Positions 35,419 to 49,479 of a stretch of DNA of 64,000 bases are shown piece by piece. The stretch lies in NCBI GenBank assembly GCA_002269645.1, contig NIVC01000882.1:62001-126000 (forward strand), written 5' to 3'. How positions within the stretch are numbered: the stretch's first letter is position 1; every line of letters begins with the position of its first letter. Origin of the DNA: Macrostomum lignano. Lineage: Eukaryota. The position numbers and the translations under genes are program-made. Below the pieces are notes generated by a model that was not told the DNA's origin, searched no databases, and saw only the letters and a program-made list of their open reading frames with translations.

Positions 35419-36642
35419 ATGGCGCCTAGAAATCGTTGCTGGTTTGACCGCAGGCGGGCCCGTAACGAGAATCTATTAGTAATGTCGCTGATTCAAGGCT
35501 TGTGCGGCCTGTGCGCGATCATTTTGGCATCGCTGTCGCTGGCCTCGGCCTCGCCTAGGCAGCATTTGCCTCCATTAGATAAGGCAGCCTGTCTGGTGTC
35601 CGGCCTAGTCATGCTGGTCACCGCTGTGCACGGAGTTGTAACTAGTAGACGGAAAATCTACTGCACAGTGCTGGCTCTGCTGGTGCGTAATTGATGCCGC
35701 TAATCATTGATTGTTGACGAATCATATTAGTAGGGACACTAATTTAGGCAGTTTTAAAATCACGGTGTCATTTGGCATCCCGGGTTCGAATTCCTAGGAT
35801 GGCAGACGCCATTATAAAGTTATAAAATTATTGACACTCCAAATGAAATATGAGGGACAGAAAATGTGAAACTTGAATGTGGACTTCGGATGCCTAATCG
35901 GAATCCTGTTTTTTCCAAGCTGGATATCATTTAATTCAAGAATGCCAAAGTTAACCCGTTGAAAACGTTACCGTGACAAGAATCGCTAATGAGTCATTGT
36001 GAACAACTCGCTTGAGTCACGTGAGTTGCAGAATCGTAAAAGAGTCGCGAAAAAGTCGTCCAAGAGTTGGTGCTTAACTTTCTTAACCAAATCGATTTGT
36101 TATACGACTCGTAAATGCGAAGTGCGATTTTTAATTCATAAAGTGACGCAGATGCGTTTTAGACGCAACTCGGTAATTCTACAGCGACTCTGGCATTACT
36201 GATCTAGCAGATAAACCTGAACCTGACCCTCTTCACTCTGAATCCCCCCCAGGTGCTATGCGTATTGTCCTGCATAGCCAACGTTAGCTTGCTGTTATCG
36301 TGCGCCTGTGGCCTGTACCATTTTGCAACCGGATATTACTCTGGCAGTAGCGCAATGGCCCTATCAGACCTGATTGTCAGCATTCTTCTATTGCTAATTG
36401 GCTTACTGGACTTAGGCGTGGCCATCGCCTGCGGTGTACTATGCGGCCGTCAGGTCTGTCGGCACGATCCGCGCATCGGCTTGCATCCGGGCGGACGCGG
36501 CCTCGTCGTGTTGACCCCGACGCCGCCGCCAGCCTACGACGTGCACCCGCCTCTGATGCCGGCATTGTTGCTCTATCAGCCAGCTGGCTTTGCGTCGCCT
36601 TTGCCGCCGCGGTACTCCAGCTCAGACAGTTTGCATAATTGA
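35419..36642 (+). CDS. Uncharacterised four-pass membrane protein (CD20/MS4A-like topology) with C-terminal PPxY motifs. Exons 35419-35682, 36253-36642; 217 aa
   Basis: Four hydrophobic segments, phase-0 intron (CTG|gtgcgt ... cccag|GTG), and a Pro-rich tail with PPPAY and LPPRY. Confidence 0.75.
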
Positions 36643-37887
36643 ACTGTTGCTTACAGAGTTAATGCTTTTCTAATCACCAAATATAGCAAACTAATCTAGT
36701 AATAATTCCTGAGGGTGTACAGCGACCCTGACTTTCTAATCGTCGGGCATGTACACTCTCTGCGCCTTGGGGGCCACCTGTTGAAGGTCCAGAAGCTCCG
36801 CCTGGGTGAAGGCCAGGCTGCAACTTACTTGGCAAGGCTGCACTTATGTGCAGTGCTGATTGGTGCACAGGGCTGTATTGATTACACTGGCGTTTATTGA
36901 AAAAATCCAACCTTCTAGCAGAATCGTTGAATATCTCGCCGGTCTGGAGGGCTGGCGGCGACTTGATTCTTGTTTGAGAAGGTGCGCAACAAAAATTTGG
37001 TCCATGGATTACCACCGATCTATACTCAGGTACTCATCTGATAAGAATCCCTCACCTACTTATCTCTTTACTAAAGCCATCTACTAGTATACTTAGAATA
37101 AAAGCATAAATCACCGCTATTAAGTAGTATATTGATTGTAAGTAGTACAAGAATGCAGCAGCTGGTCTCCATCTGTCATTCCTATCTTAACCTGTAGTTT
37201 CTCCTACCTAACTTTCGCTTAAAGTCAAATCATAGTTTAATTTTTTCAAAAAGATATCGTTTTTTTATATTAAGAATAGCAAAACTGTTTGGTGCTTAAA
37301 ACGTACATTTTTCTGCTTTTTTGCTGGTCAACTATTTGCTTGTGTCATTTTTATAGTAAATCTGTGTTTTCCCAAGTATTTGTGTTTTCTGCCGTGTTCT
37401 AACAGATGTCTTAGCTTCCTATTTACTGTACACGGAGTCTACACACCCCAAGTATGTATTTTTATAGTTTTATTAAAAGTTCTTTTACATTTGAAATTAG
37501 CATGCCTACTATAATTAACAACTTGCCAATTATAATAATAATATTGACGCGGTTCACATTTTTATGACTGAATACTTCTATCTAAATGATTTCATTCTGT
37601 TGCGTGTTGACGCTGTTTAAATTTTCATGACTGATTTTATTTATATATTTATGTTTTGCTTTGATTTAACATCTATACAACAATTAAACAAATAGCAGTT
37701 TGCTTTTTTGAGTGCTGTTTAATTAATTTTTTTAAGACTCATTTAATTTAAAGCTTTGTCACATGCTATTTATACTACTTATTGTGTCGATATTAAGTAG
37801 AAAAATGCACATTTTTTCTGTTTTTGCATGTTTAATACATATTACCTCTAAGTCAGCCATTAAATAATTGATAAATAAAGAGACGCG

Positions 37888-39214
37888 ATGGAGCTGCCAG
37901 ACGTGACCTACAATAAGCCCGAGTACATCGAGACCGCTTCTGGCAATAAGGTCTGCCGATTAACGGCCCTCTGTGGCAGTCAGAATATTGTACTTTCTGG
38001 CAAGGTCATCATCCAAACCGAAGCCGTGATCCGCGGCGACCTCGCCAATGTGCGAATCGGCCGCAGCACCGTCATCAGCCGGGGTGCCGTCATCCGGCCT
38101 CCGTTTAAAAAGTTTAGCAAGGGCGTCGCATTCTTCCCCTTGTACATTGGCGATCACGTGTTCATTGGCGAGAATTCCGTTATCAATGCTGCGCAGGTGC
38201 GTCTCGCCTCTGGGTGTAATGGCTTTTTGTTCTCTTTTGCTGGCCCCCACCAGCCTCCCAGATCCTCAGTTGCTGGGCGACCGCCAGCCTCTCAGATCCC
38301 CAGTTGCTGGGCCAGCCTCCCAGATCCTCAGTTGCTAGGCCAGCCTCTGAGATCCTCAGTTGCTGGGCCAGCCTCGCAGATCCTCAGTTGCTGGGCCAGC
38401 CTCGCAGATCCTCAGTTGCTGGGCGACCGCCAGCCTTTCAAATCCTCAGTTGCTAGGAAAGCCTCCCAGATCCTCAGTTGCTTGGCCAGCCTCCCAGATC
38501 CTCAGTTGTTGGGCCAGCCTCCCAGATCCTCAGTTGCTAGGCCAGCCTCTCAGATCCTCAGTTGCTGGGCCAGCCTCGCAGATCCTCAGTTGCTGGGACA
38601 GCCTCCCAGATCCTCAGTTGCTGGGACAGCCTCCCAGATCCTCAGTTGCTGGGCCAGCCTCGCAGATCCTCAGTTGTTGGGCGACCGCCAGCCTTTCAGA
38701 TCCTCAGTTGCTAGGACAGCCTCCCAGATCCTCAGTTGCTGGGCCAGCCTCCCAGATTCTTAGTTGCTGGGCCAGCCTCCCAGATCCTCAGTTGCTCGGC
38801 CAGTGCCGCCCTCCCAAGCCCCCAGTTGCTTGGCTGGCCTCCTAAATCCTCAGTTGCTGGGTCAGCCTCCCAGATCCCCATTGGCTGGACCGCGGCGGCT
38901 GCCCTCCCATATTTCTAGGCAAGCACTAGCACAAAGGTACTCTCACTGCCCATTACCAGGTGGGCTCCTACGTCCACGTAGGCAACAACTGCGTGATTGG
39001 CAGGCGCTGCGTTCTCAAAGACTGCAGCGCAGTGGCCGACGGCTCAGTCCTGCCAGCGGAGACCGTGGTGCCACCCTTCACCATATTCAGCGGCTCGCCA
39101 GGACAGCTGGTTGGCTCGCTGCCAGACTGCACACCGGAGCTCATGACTCACCTCACCGAGAGCTACTATCAGCACTTCGTGCCTGCAGCCGCGGCGGCTC
39201 CCAAAGCTAACTAA
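37888..39214 (+). CDS. DCTN5: Dynactin subunit 5 (p25). Exons 37888-38196, 38960-39214; 187 aa
   Basis: [70 protein letters not shown] (left-handed beta-helix); phase-0 intron. Confidence 0.96.
38230..38900 (+). repeat. 28-bp minisatellite (CAGATCCTCAGTTGCTGGGCCAGCCTCC) in DCTN5 intron
   Basis: Direct periodicity; same family as 39705-40205 (inverted) and 46570-47435. Confidence 0.93.
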
Positions 39215-39704
39215 GTGAACGGAGACCAAGCAGCTTACTGTGTAACTATTCGGTGATGCGGTATCTTTTCATCTGGTTACTATCTAAGGTCTAGGCTTGA
39301 TAGAGGTGATGCAATCAATATACATGACGGTCTTCGGCTAGGCTGGGCCAGTTGGTTATCAAAGGTATCTTAAATCTCTATTGTACTGCATATATACACA
39401 TATTTGTTGAATTCATTTTTTGCTTTGTATTGCGATGTTATAACAATATATATATATATATATATAATTGTTAATGCTTATTATATTTGCTTGCTAGAAT
39501 CATAAGCTTTCATGAATTATACTCTCTTGTTGCGGCAGTTGTGCGTCTTCTAAAACTGTCTTAAGATATTGTCAGATATGTTCAAAACATTGCCCCTTAT
39601 AGTTCATTTTTCTTGTGCGTCGCTTGTTTGTTTATTAATGCATTAGACAGCAAACCTGACTGTGTGAGTGCCTCTGAAATCGGCTCCCTCGGAGTGACGG
39701 CCCT

Positions 39705-40205
39705 GTCTGAGGATCTGGGAAAGTGGCAGGTGGACTAGCAACTGAGGATCTGGGAGGCTGGCCCAGAAACTGAAAATCTGGGAGGCTGGCCCAGCAACTG
39801 AGGATCTGGGAGGGTGGCAGGTGGCTCAGCAACTGAGGATCTTGGAAACTAGCGCAGCAACTAAGGATATTGGAGACTGGCCCAGCAACTGAGGATCTGG
39901 GAGGGTGGCAGGTGGCTCAGCAACTGAGGATCTGGAAAACTAGCGCAGCAACTGAGGATATTGGAGACTGGCCCAGCGACCGAGGATCTGGGAGGGTGGC
40001 AGGTGGCTCAGCAACTGAGGATCTGGGAAACTAGCGCAGCAACTGAGGATATTGGAGACTGGCCCAGCAACTGAGGATCTGGGAGGGTAGCAGGTGGCCC
40101 AGCGACCGAGGATCTGGGAGGGTAACCTGGTGGCCCAGCAACTGAGGATCTGGGAGGCTGGCCCAGCAACTGAGAATCTGGGAGGGTGGCCCAGCAACTA
40201 AGGAT
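39705..40205 (-). repeat. Inverted copy of the 28-bp minisatellite family
   Basis: GGCCCAGCAACTGAGGATCTGGGAGG is the reverse complement of the DCTN5 intron unit. Confidence 0.9.
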
Positions 40206-40543
40206 CTCAGACGTGCCCACGGGCCACCATCGATAAAAACTGTAAAATAAAAGTACCAGGTATTTAAAACATTGGTAGCCCTAGCAGTCTGGGGCCGTTA
40301 CGGCTATCCCACACCTGACTATTTAGAAAGCTTACAGAGACCGGATTCTAGGCTCCGAGGGGGTGGTGAAGCGAGCCGTCCCAGATGTGAACTCAGCAAT
40401 AGACTTCATGATAGACTCTAATCCTAGAGACACACGTTGACACTAGTCCTGACCTCTACAAAAAGTACAACAAAACGCTCTTATTCTCTACTTTCAGGCT
40501 GGCGTCCGGCCAATTTTTAGTTGCAGGCAAAAATCCAGCCGCC

Positions 40544-42555
40544 ATGTTTTGGCCTTCGTATCAAAGCCCTGTGCCCACTATAGACAGTCTGTTTAGCAGC
40601 GGCCAGCCGAACTTGATCGATGTGCTAAATGACAGCTCGGCTGTGCAAGAATGCCGCGGGTACAATGCCAAACTGGTTGATTACCTGGTGCAGGATTCCG
40701 TTTTAGACAGGTGATTATTGGTGTTGTCAATCATTAGGAAATGTTTATTTTCTAGCACCAATGTTCACTATTTTCTGCTCAGGTTAATCGATTACATAAC
40801 GGAAGATCCGGATCCCGAATTGCCGCTGCACAGTCGCTACAAATATCCCTACCTGGCGTGCGAGCTTCTCTCCTGCGATGTTGACTCAATCAACAACGCT
40901 CTGGTACGAGAAGATAGTCGGCTGGACCGGCTGTGCCAGTTCCTGCGCAGCCAGTCGCCTTTGAACCCGCTGACTGCCAGCTTTTGCTCCAAGGTGAGGA
41001 GCTGATTCGAAAGTAGTAAATGCTGACTCTTACTGTATTTTGTAGTTTAATTTTGCAAATTCAGAATTTCGAAAATTTGCTACTTGCTACTTATCCGTAA
41101 CAAATGAGTAGGATAAGAGACATGTGATTCTTTTATTAGCAATTCAAGCCATTGCCTGTTGTAACAAAAAACTCACTATTGACTTTAGCGACTCTAGGGC
41201 GACTCTGTTGAGTCACTAGCGCATCACGTGAGTTGCAGAATCGTAAAAGATTCGCAAAAAAAGTCCAAGAGTCGTTGTGTTAGTCTTCCTGAGTCGCTTC
41301 TTTGCTTTGCTATTTTACCTGTTTTAACTGCCGCAACTCTGAAACAACTCTTGGCCTAGGAGAGATGTTGTAGAGAAGAGCATACTTTGGGGTGGGCGTC
41401 CTCCGCGTGCTGATTGGCTGACAACACAGTACATATGCATGTCTACAAGATTACAGATTGTTGATACACATTGCATGCGCTGCAATGTAGGGGTGAAATT
41501 CTTGCGGTCTTGCCCACTCCCTACTCCCTACTGCTAGTAGGCAGTTGAAAAAAAAGTCGCCATAATCCCTACCTTGACAGATCCTGCAGCTGCTGGTGCA
41601 CAAGCGTCCAGACCGTCTGCTGCCGCACCTCTGCGGCCGGGCCGACCTGGCCGAATGCCTCGTTACGCACGTCGCCACCGCGGCCGTCTCCGACCTGCTG
41701 CTGTCTCTGGCCTGCGTTTGCGTCAACAGCGCCGCCAGCAAAAACGGCGGCGACGTGGCCGACGCCGAAGACGCTGCTGACGGCGACGGCGAGGCTGTGG
41801 TGGCCTCGATTCCTTCGGCTGCCGGGGACTGGCTGGCGGACACCGACCTGGTGTCCAGGCTGATCGACCGGGTCTGCTGCCGCGGCTGCGGCGACCAGCA
41901 GCTGCCCGAAGGTGCAGAAGACGACGGTGAGGTCGCCTCCGCGGCGTTCACTGCCGCCCAGTGCGCTGAGATGCTGTTGCAGCAGTGCCGTGGCGACCTC
42001 GCCATGACCAGCCAGTGTGGCATCGTCGGCGACGTCGGCGGCGGAGTCGTACCGCCGCGTCAGGGCCGCCTTCTACGCCAGTTCGAATCGCCGGACATCG
42101 CCGAGCGTCTGGTGGCCAGTGGCATCTTGCCGCCGTCATCTGCGGATGGCGGCAACGAAGCCCGGCTGACGTGCAGAGGCCAGGCCGCCCTGACTGCCGC
42201 CTGCCAGGTCGCCATCGCCCTGCTGACTCCGCCTAGCGAAGCCGGCCCTGCCCTGGCGTCCCTGTGCACCGCCCTGCGGCCCCGGCTGGACCGCCTGGCC
42301 ACCCTGCTGCGGCCTCCGGCCAGCGGCGACGGCTCCGCTGGCGTTGGCAGCGGCCGCCTCCATCTGCTGCGGCTGATGCGCGCTCTGGCAGCCTGCGGCG
42401 GGCCGGGTTTGGCTATTGTGTCCGAGACTGGGGCTGTGGCCGCTTCGCTGCGCCTGCTGCTGCTGTTCCCCTGGTGAGCGACTGCCTGTCTGTCTCTGTC
42501 TGTCTGTCTGTCTGTCTGTCTGCCTGTCTGTCTCGTCTGTCTGCCTGTCTGTCAC

Positions 42556-42616
<61 letters not shown>

Positions 42617-44432
42617 GCCTGTCTATCTGGGAATAGTTCCAGCATTTCTGTCTCATCTGCCCCCATCACTGATTCAGTCGAATTCACTCCGCCACCAACC
42701 CCTTCCCAGGTGCTCCTTCCTGCACCAGGTCGCCGAGCAGCTGTGCCTCTGCGCCCTCGCCTACCCGGCCGGCTTCTCCCAGCCTGATGCCGCCGTGCGG
42801 CGTAGCCTTCAGCGTCAGCTGATTCTCAATCGGCGAGAAAAGCAGTCTCTGAAGCAGGAGCAACAGGAGCAGCAACAGCAACAACATCCTGTCGCAGGTT
42901 CCATCGAAGCTGCCAACACCGAAATCGACGCCGACTGCCGTCTGCCTGCCGTGCTGCTGGCCGCCGCCGAGTGCAACCGGGCCGCCCAGGCTGCGGGCTC
43001 GGCGAGACGCGGCTACATGGGTCACGTGATCCGCCTGGCCAACTGCCTCAACGCCTGTCTGGCCGCCGCCGCTCCAACCGCCGCAAACCGCGACAACAAT
43101 ACGTCAACTGTCGATTCCGACGCCACTGACGATGAGGCGGAGAGTCTGGCCGACCTGTTCAACCAGTTGGAGCCGGAGCTGCTGCATCGCTGGTCGGAAT
43201 GGTGTCAGTCTGAGGTGGCCGACGCCAACACTCGCTGCGTTTTCACGGCCGCCGTTGAAGCCCACAACGACGGGGACGACGAAGACGAGGCCGAGTTCAA
43301 TTTTTCCGCACCGCCGTCGCCTCACCGCGCGATGCAGACGGCCTACGTTGAGTTTCAGGCCAGGCAGCTCAGCGCGCCCATGCCTGAGCAGTTCGGCTTC
43401 CAGGAGGACGACTTTAATGAGGCTTACGAGCTATCGGCTGGTGCCGACTTGCCCCAGGATGTTAGTGGCTGGCCCGCTTGTCTGCTTTGTTTTTTACCGA
43501 TTTTACCCCTCCCTGATCCCCCATCTGAGCCCCTCCCTGATCCCCTCCATGAGCCCCTCTCTGATCCCCCATCTGAGCCCCTCCCTGATCCCCCATCTGA
43601 TCCCCTCCCTGATCCCCCATCTGAGCCCCTCCCTGATCCCCTCCATGAGCCCCTCTCTGATCCCCCATCTGAGCCCCTCCCTGATCCCCCATCTGATCCC
43701 CTCCCTGATCCCCCATCTGATCCCCTCCCTGATCCCCCATCTGAGTCCCTCCCTGATCCCCCACCTGATCCCCTCCCTGATCCCCCATCTGAGCCCCTCC
43801 CTGATCCCCCATCTGATCCCCTCCCTGATCCCCCATCTGATCCCCTCCCTGATCCCCCATCTGAGCCCCTCCCTGATCCCCCATCTGAGCCCCTCCCTGA
43901 TCCCCCATCTGATCCCCTCCGTGATCCACAGGCTGCAGCCCTTTCCCCAGTGCTCACGATGGCCCTCCCAGATCCCAAGCTATACCAGTCTAACATCGGC
44001 TTTTGGCAGGTGGCGCAGCACCTCACAGATTTCTGCACTCCAACTCCGGAGGACTCGATCAGGGCCGCCATGTTCGATCAGGCCTGCAACTCGCGCATTC
44101 TGCGATACGAATCAGCCGACGACGACAACGACGACGCCGCCGACGATTCTGCCGGTGCCGCTGAGTACTACAACGACGTCTATGGCGATGGCGATGACGC
44201 TAACGGCGCAGATGTCGCCGATTCTGGCATGCCATTGGCTAGCAACGGCGGCACGGACGTCGGGCACGCGGAGGACAATCGGTGGGCTTTGAATTCGATC
44301 AGCGAGGAGGAGCCGGTGGTGTTGAAAGCCGCTGCAGCTGCGGCAGCCATCGGCGCCGCCTACGCCGCCGTCAACGGAGAAGGCGTCGGTGCGGCATTCC
44401 CCGAGATTGACTGCGTCGATCCGCTGGCTTAA
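40544..44432 (+). CDS. Protein phosphatase 6 regulatory subunit (SAPS/SIT4-associated family). Exons 40544-40710, 40783-40993, 41581-42473, 42710-43460, 44010-44432; about 814 aa
   Basis: MFW start, QECRGYNAKLVDYL, RYKYPYLACELLSCDV, SPLNPLTASFCSK, FPWCSFLH, RRGYMGHVIRLAN and an acidic tail. All introns are GT-AG with consistent phases; 2445 nt. PPP6R1/2/3 cannot be distinguished. Confidence 0.88.
42484..42625. repeat. (CTGT)n microsatellite in the PP6R intron
   Basis: Direct. Confidence 0.95.
43515..43930. repeat. 24-bp minisatellite (CCCTCCCTGATCCCCCATCTGAGC) in PP6R intron 4
   Basis: Direct periodicity. Confidence 0.95.
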
Positions 44433-44649
44433 CTCTGAATAGCATGGTAGCCAGCTATCAGCTTCCACTAGGGTCCTGGTCGGGTATCTGCGAGCTTTAT
44501 TAACTAGTCGAGGCTTTGTTATTCTGGGTTTTGTGTGCGATTTTTTTTTTATTTTTTAAGCTTTTCCTGCCAGGGTGGCTGACTTGTTTTTCAGTTAGCG
44601 TGGCGAACCAGATGGTAGGCTTTTCTTTCCTTGTTGACGCTTCTTGGCA

Positions 44650-45472
<823 letters not shown>

Positions 45473-46569
45473 GCCTTCTTATTTGTGCAGCTACCGGTAA
45501 ATATCCAAAAAGTTTATAATAGTCAATAAAGCGGCTTTCTAACAATTATATTGATGATAAATAAACCATTGCAGCTGAAAAACATTACTAGATAATTATC
45601 AGTGATTTGTACTCTAACCGAAAACGCCAGGAGTTTACATAAGCAGCCATGGAAATGGAAATCTATGAAATATTTCATATTTAGCATTGATTATTATGAA
45701 GCTGTGGCGTCAGCATCTAGCTAATAGCATTGGGTTTTGATGTTCAGTAAGCCTCTGTGTATTCGGTGTTGTTCAACTTGCTTAATTGATTTTCGACTTA
45801 ATCAGAGCTACCGGCAATCATATTTAGTCATAATTATAATTATTTTTAAAGATGATTTCAAGTGCCAATTCCCTTGAATCACCGGTATTGTTTTAAACAG
45901 TAATAATTTATTTATTTATAGTGCCACATTTCTCTCCAGTTTTACCTTGTCTCTTGTTCATTTTAGGTAGTTATATTTTTTAACTCTTTTCTTAATTCGG
46001 TTTCTTTCAATTTGAATTATTGCTGTCAGGATACTAAGTAGGTTAAACATATTTTCGCGTGCTAAGCTAAGATTCTTAGTTATTTTTATCTTATTAAGTG
46101 CGACTTTTTTCCCTTAATGTTCAGTCAGTAGCAGTGTTGGAAGTTCGTGTTAATTCTTATTGATAATCTGCTTCCATCATAACCCGAATTTCACTGGTAG
46201 AGCATCAGAATTTCACTGCTCGCTTGCATAATAAATGCAAAACTGCACCCGGCAACGATTGCTTTTAGAAGATATATGGCACTATTTACATATACTTTGC
46301 GTCAAAATGGATGTAGTCGGAGCCTCGCTGCATGCCAATTTTATCGGTTGTAGTATGCTTACATGCATTATTAACCAATGCCTTGCCATTGCGCTGTACG
46401 AATTATGCGGTTTTTTAACAAAATAAATGCAAACATTTTGCCAATATTGTTTTCCAACTCAATTAGTCTGTGCCTGCTTGCCTGGCCGTGCTGTCAATCT
46501 TGCTGTCTGCATCACTGCTGCTTTTTATTTTGCGATGCTCAGAACATATTTGTTCAGAGAGCGTCTACT

Positions 46570-47435
46570 ACAGATCCTCAGTTGCTGGGCCAGCCTCTCA
46601 GATCCTCAGTTGCTGGGCCAGCCTCCCAGATCCTCAGTTGCTGGGCCAGCCTCCCAGATCCTCAGTTGCTGGGCCAGCCTCCCAGATCCTCAGCTGCTGG
46701 GCCAGCCTCCCAGATCCTCAGTTGCTGGGCCAGCCTCCCAGATCCTCAGCTGCTGGGCCAGCCTCCCAGATCCTCAGTTGCTAGGCCAGCCTCCCAGATC
46801 CTCAGTTGCTGGGCCAGCCTCCCAGATCCAGATCCTCAGTTGCTGGGCCAGCCTCCCAGATCCAGATCCTCAGTTGCTGGGCCAACCTCCCAGATCCTCA
46901 GTTGCTGGGCCAGCCTCCCAGATCCTCAGTTGCTGGGCCAGCCTCCCAGATCCTCAGTTGCTGGGCCAGCCTCCCAGATCCTCAGCTGCTGGGCCAGCCT
47001 CCCAGATCCTCAGTTGCTGGGCCAGCCTCCCAGATCCTCAGCTGCTGGGCCAGCCTCCCAGATCCTCAGTTGCTGGGCCAGCCTCCCAGATCCTCAGCTG
47101 CTGGGCCAGCCTCCCAGATCCTCAGCTGCTGGGCCAGCCTCCCAGATCCTCAGTTGCTGGGCCAGCCTCCCAGATCCAGATCCTCAGTTGCTGGGCCAAC
47201 CTCCCAGATCCTCAGTTGCTGGGCCAGCCTCCCAGATCCTCAGCTGCTGGGCCAGCCTCCCAGATCCTCAGTTGCTGGGCCAGCCTCCCAGATCCTCAGT
47301 TGTTGGGCCAACCTCCCAGATCCTCAGCTGCTGGGCCAGCCTCCCAGATCCTCAGCTGCTGGGCCAGCCTCCCAGATCCTCAGTTGCTGGGCCAACCTCC
47401 CAGATCCTCAGCTGCTGGGCCAGCCTCCCAGATCC
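46570..47435 (+). repeat. 28-bp minisatellite, same family as the DCTN5 intron repeat
   Basis: Direct periodicity. Confidence 0.95.
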
Positions 47436-47444
47436 TACACTACA

Positions 47445-49465
47445 CTACAGACCAGGACAATCTGGCTCCAGCCCTGTCAGTAGAGACTCAGAATGACGGA
47501 AGACCACGGGAGCTATTCCTCCGCCTCATTGGGTGAGGAGGGCGTGTTGTCGAAGGTCCTTGGGTTGCACTAAGAAATCTGATCGGACGTGTTCGTGCTT
47601 CGGTTCTCACCACCAGAGGAGTTACTCAGAGCTACGCAATCCAAGCGAGTCATGCTACAGCTTCTGGCTCGTGTCTATGATCCTCTCGGCTTCCTAGTTC
47701 CACTGCTGACTTGGCTGAAAACAATGTTTCAGACGCTCTGTGTTCGCAAAGTTGCTTGGGATTGCCCGCTGGATGAGCCGACTGAACAGCTGTGGCAGAA
47801 GTGGCTGCAGGACATGCTGAAAGCGCGATTACAGGTGCCGCGGCTAGTGCTTTTCGCGACACGGGTGGTCCAAGAGATGTAGCTTCATGGCTTCTGTGAC
47901 GCATCCGCAAAGTGCTTGTCTCTACCTACGATTTCAGTACACCGACGGTTCCGTCAGCTGTACCCTGGTGGCGGCGAGGGCCAGAGTGGCTCCACTATCG
48001 GCCCTGTCGATTCCTCGGCTGGAACTGGTGCACTGATACTGGCCAGACTAGTGATTTCAGCCGAGTGAGCGAGTGAGATAGTGCCGATACTCTCTACTGG
48101 ATACGACAGCACAAGCCCTGGAAGCTCTTTATTCACAACCGAGTCGAGTCTCTGAGATCCGCCTGCTGCTTCCGGAGGAATCATGGCGACACGTGCCAGG
48201 CAATGAGAACCCTGCCGTTGTTGCATCTCGCGGCACTTCGGTCGACAAGCTGAAGACTGATACCAGCTGGTGGCATGATCCTGATTGGCTGACTCGACCT
48301 CCAGAAGGCTGGCCTGACCAATCCTTTCTCAATCCAACCTCAGCAACAGCAGACGAGGAGCAGAAGCCATCAGCAGGCAAATCAATCGTTCTACTCACTG
48401 ATGTTGTTCCGGACTTGGGACTGCATTGAGTTATACCAAATTCGGATTTCTAAGCTCATTAGGGTGACAGCTTACGTCTTTCGATTTGTCAAGAACCTAC
48501 AAGTTCGAACTTCCAGAAGCACGAGTATAAACAGAAGCAGAGGAGCGTTGGCTGAAAGAGGTACAACGAAGGAGTTTCCCTGCTGAGATTGCTCACTTTG
48601 AAAGGTCGACAGCATCTGCGGACCTCGCAAAGCAGCTGAATCTCTTCCTCGACAGCAAAGGTCTGCTCCGAAGTCGGGGTCGATTGAGAGACTCAAACGT
48701 TGGTTCAGCTGCTGATTGCCCCATCCTCATCCCGAACAAGACGAATCCAGAAGTTCTCCTCATCCGAGACGTGCACAGCAAAGTTCTGCACGGGGGAGTT
48801 CCAAGCACCCTTTGCAAACTGCGTGAGAAGTTTTGGCTGATCCGTGGCAGGCAGCGAGTGAAGGCAATTCTTAGAAAATGCGTCGTCTGCAGGCGTCTTC
48901 AGGCACTCCCGTTCGCTGTGAAGCAAGTTCCTGCGTTGCCAGAATCTCGCGTGAAAGCAATAAGAGATTTCGAGTGGAGCGGGCTCGACTACTGTGGTCC
49001 GGTCAAGCTGAGAGAAGACACTGCTGTCGAGAAGGGCTACATCTTAGTGTTCACCTGCGCAGCAACGCGAGCGCTTCGTCTAGAACTGGTGAAAGATCTA
49101 ACAACTGAGCCCTAAGGAGATTCTGTGCAAGGAGAGGTATTCCTAGTCTCATCAGCGATAAAGCTAAGACATTCAAAGCCGTGCGGAAATTGCAAGCATC
49201 GGAGAGGTAAAAGGTTCAGGAGTTCTGCGCCACTCGGAGTTCATCACGGAACGCGCGGCCTGGCAAGGAGGCTTCTGGGAGCGACTGATGAAGGACATCA
49301 AGCTGGTAATGCGTAAAACCACTGGACGAACTGCTGACACTGCTCATGGAGGTGGAGGCGGTGCTCAACAGCCGCCCTATGCTCTACGTAGATGCCGAGC
49401 CCGAAGGAGAAGTTCTGACACCGGCACACTTCCTGGTGTTGCAGCGGCTGACAGCGAAGCCTACT
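47445..49465 (+). mobile_element. Degenerate BEL/Pao LTR retrotransposon pol fragment (end of RT, RNase H, integrase)
   Basis: KVLGL, ARVYDPLGFLVP, LHGFCDAS, ARVAP...IPRLEL, HVPGNENPA..ASRG, HGGVPSTLCKLREKFW...CVVC, GLDYCGP, VFTCAATRALRLELV, GGFWERL, EVEAVLNSRP, LTPAHFL. Many stops and frameshifts; no LTRs seen. Confidence 0.92.
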
Positions 49466-49479
49466 TCTAGTTGCGCGCC

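Noticed and set aside
35980-41300. Shared about 100-bp sequence at 36010-36090 and 41220-41290 (CACGTGAGTTGCAGAATCGTAAAAGA)
   Set aside because: Probably a small dispersed repeat; ends and TSDs could not be defined, so it is not annotated.
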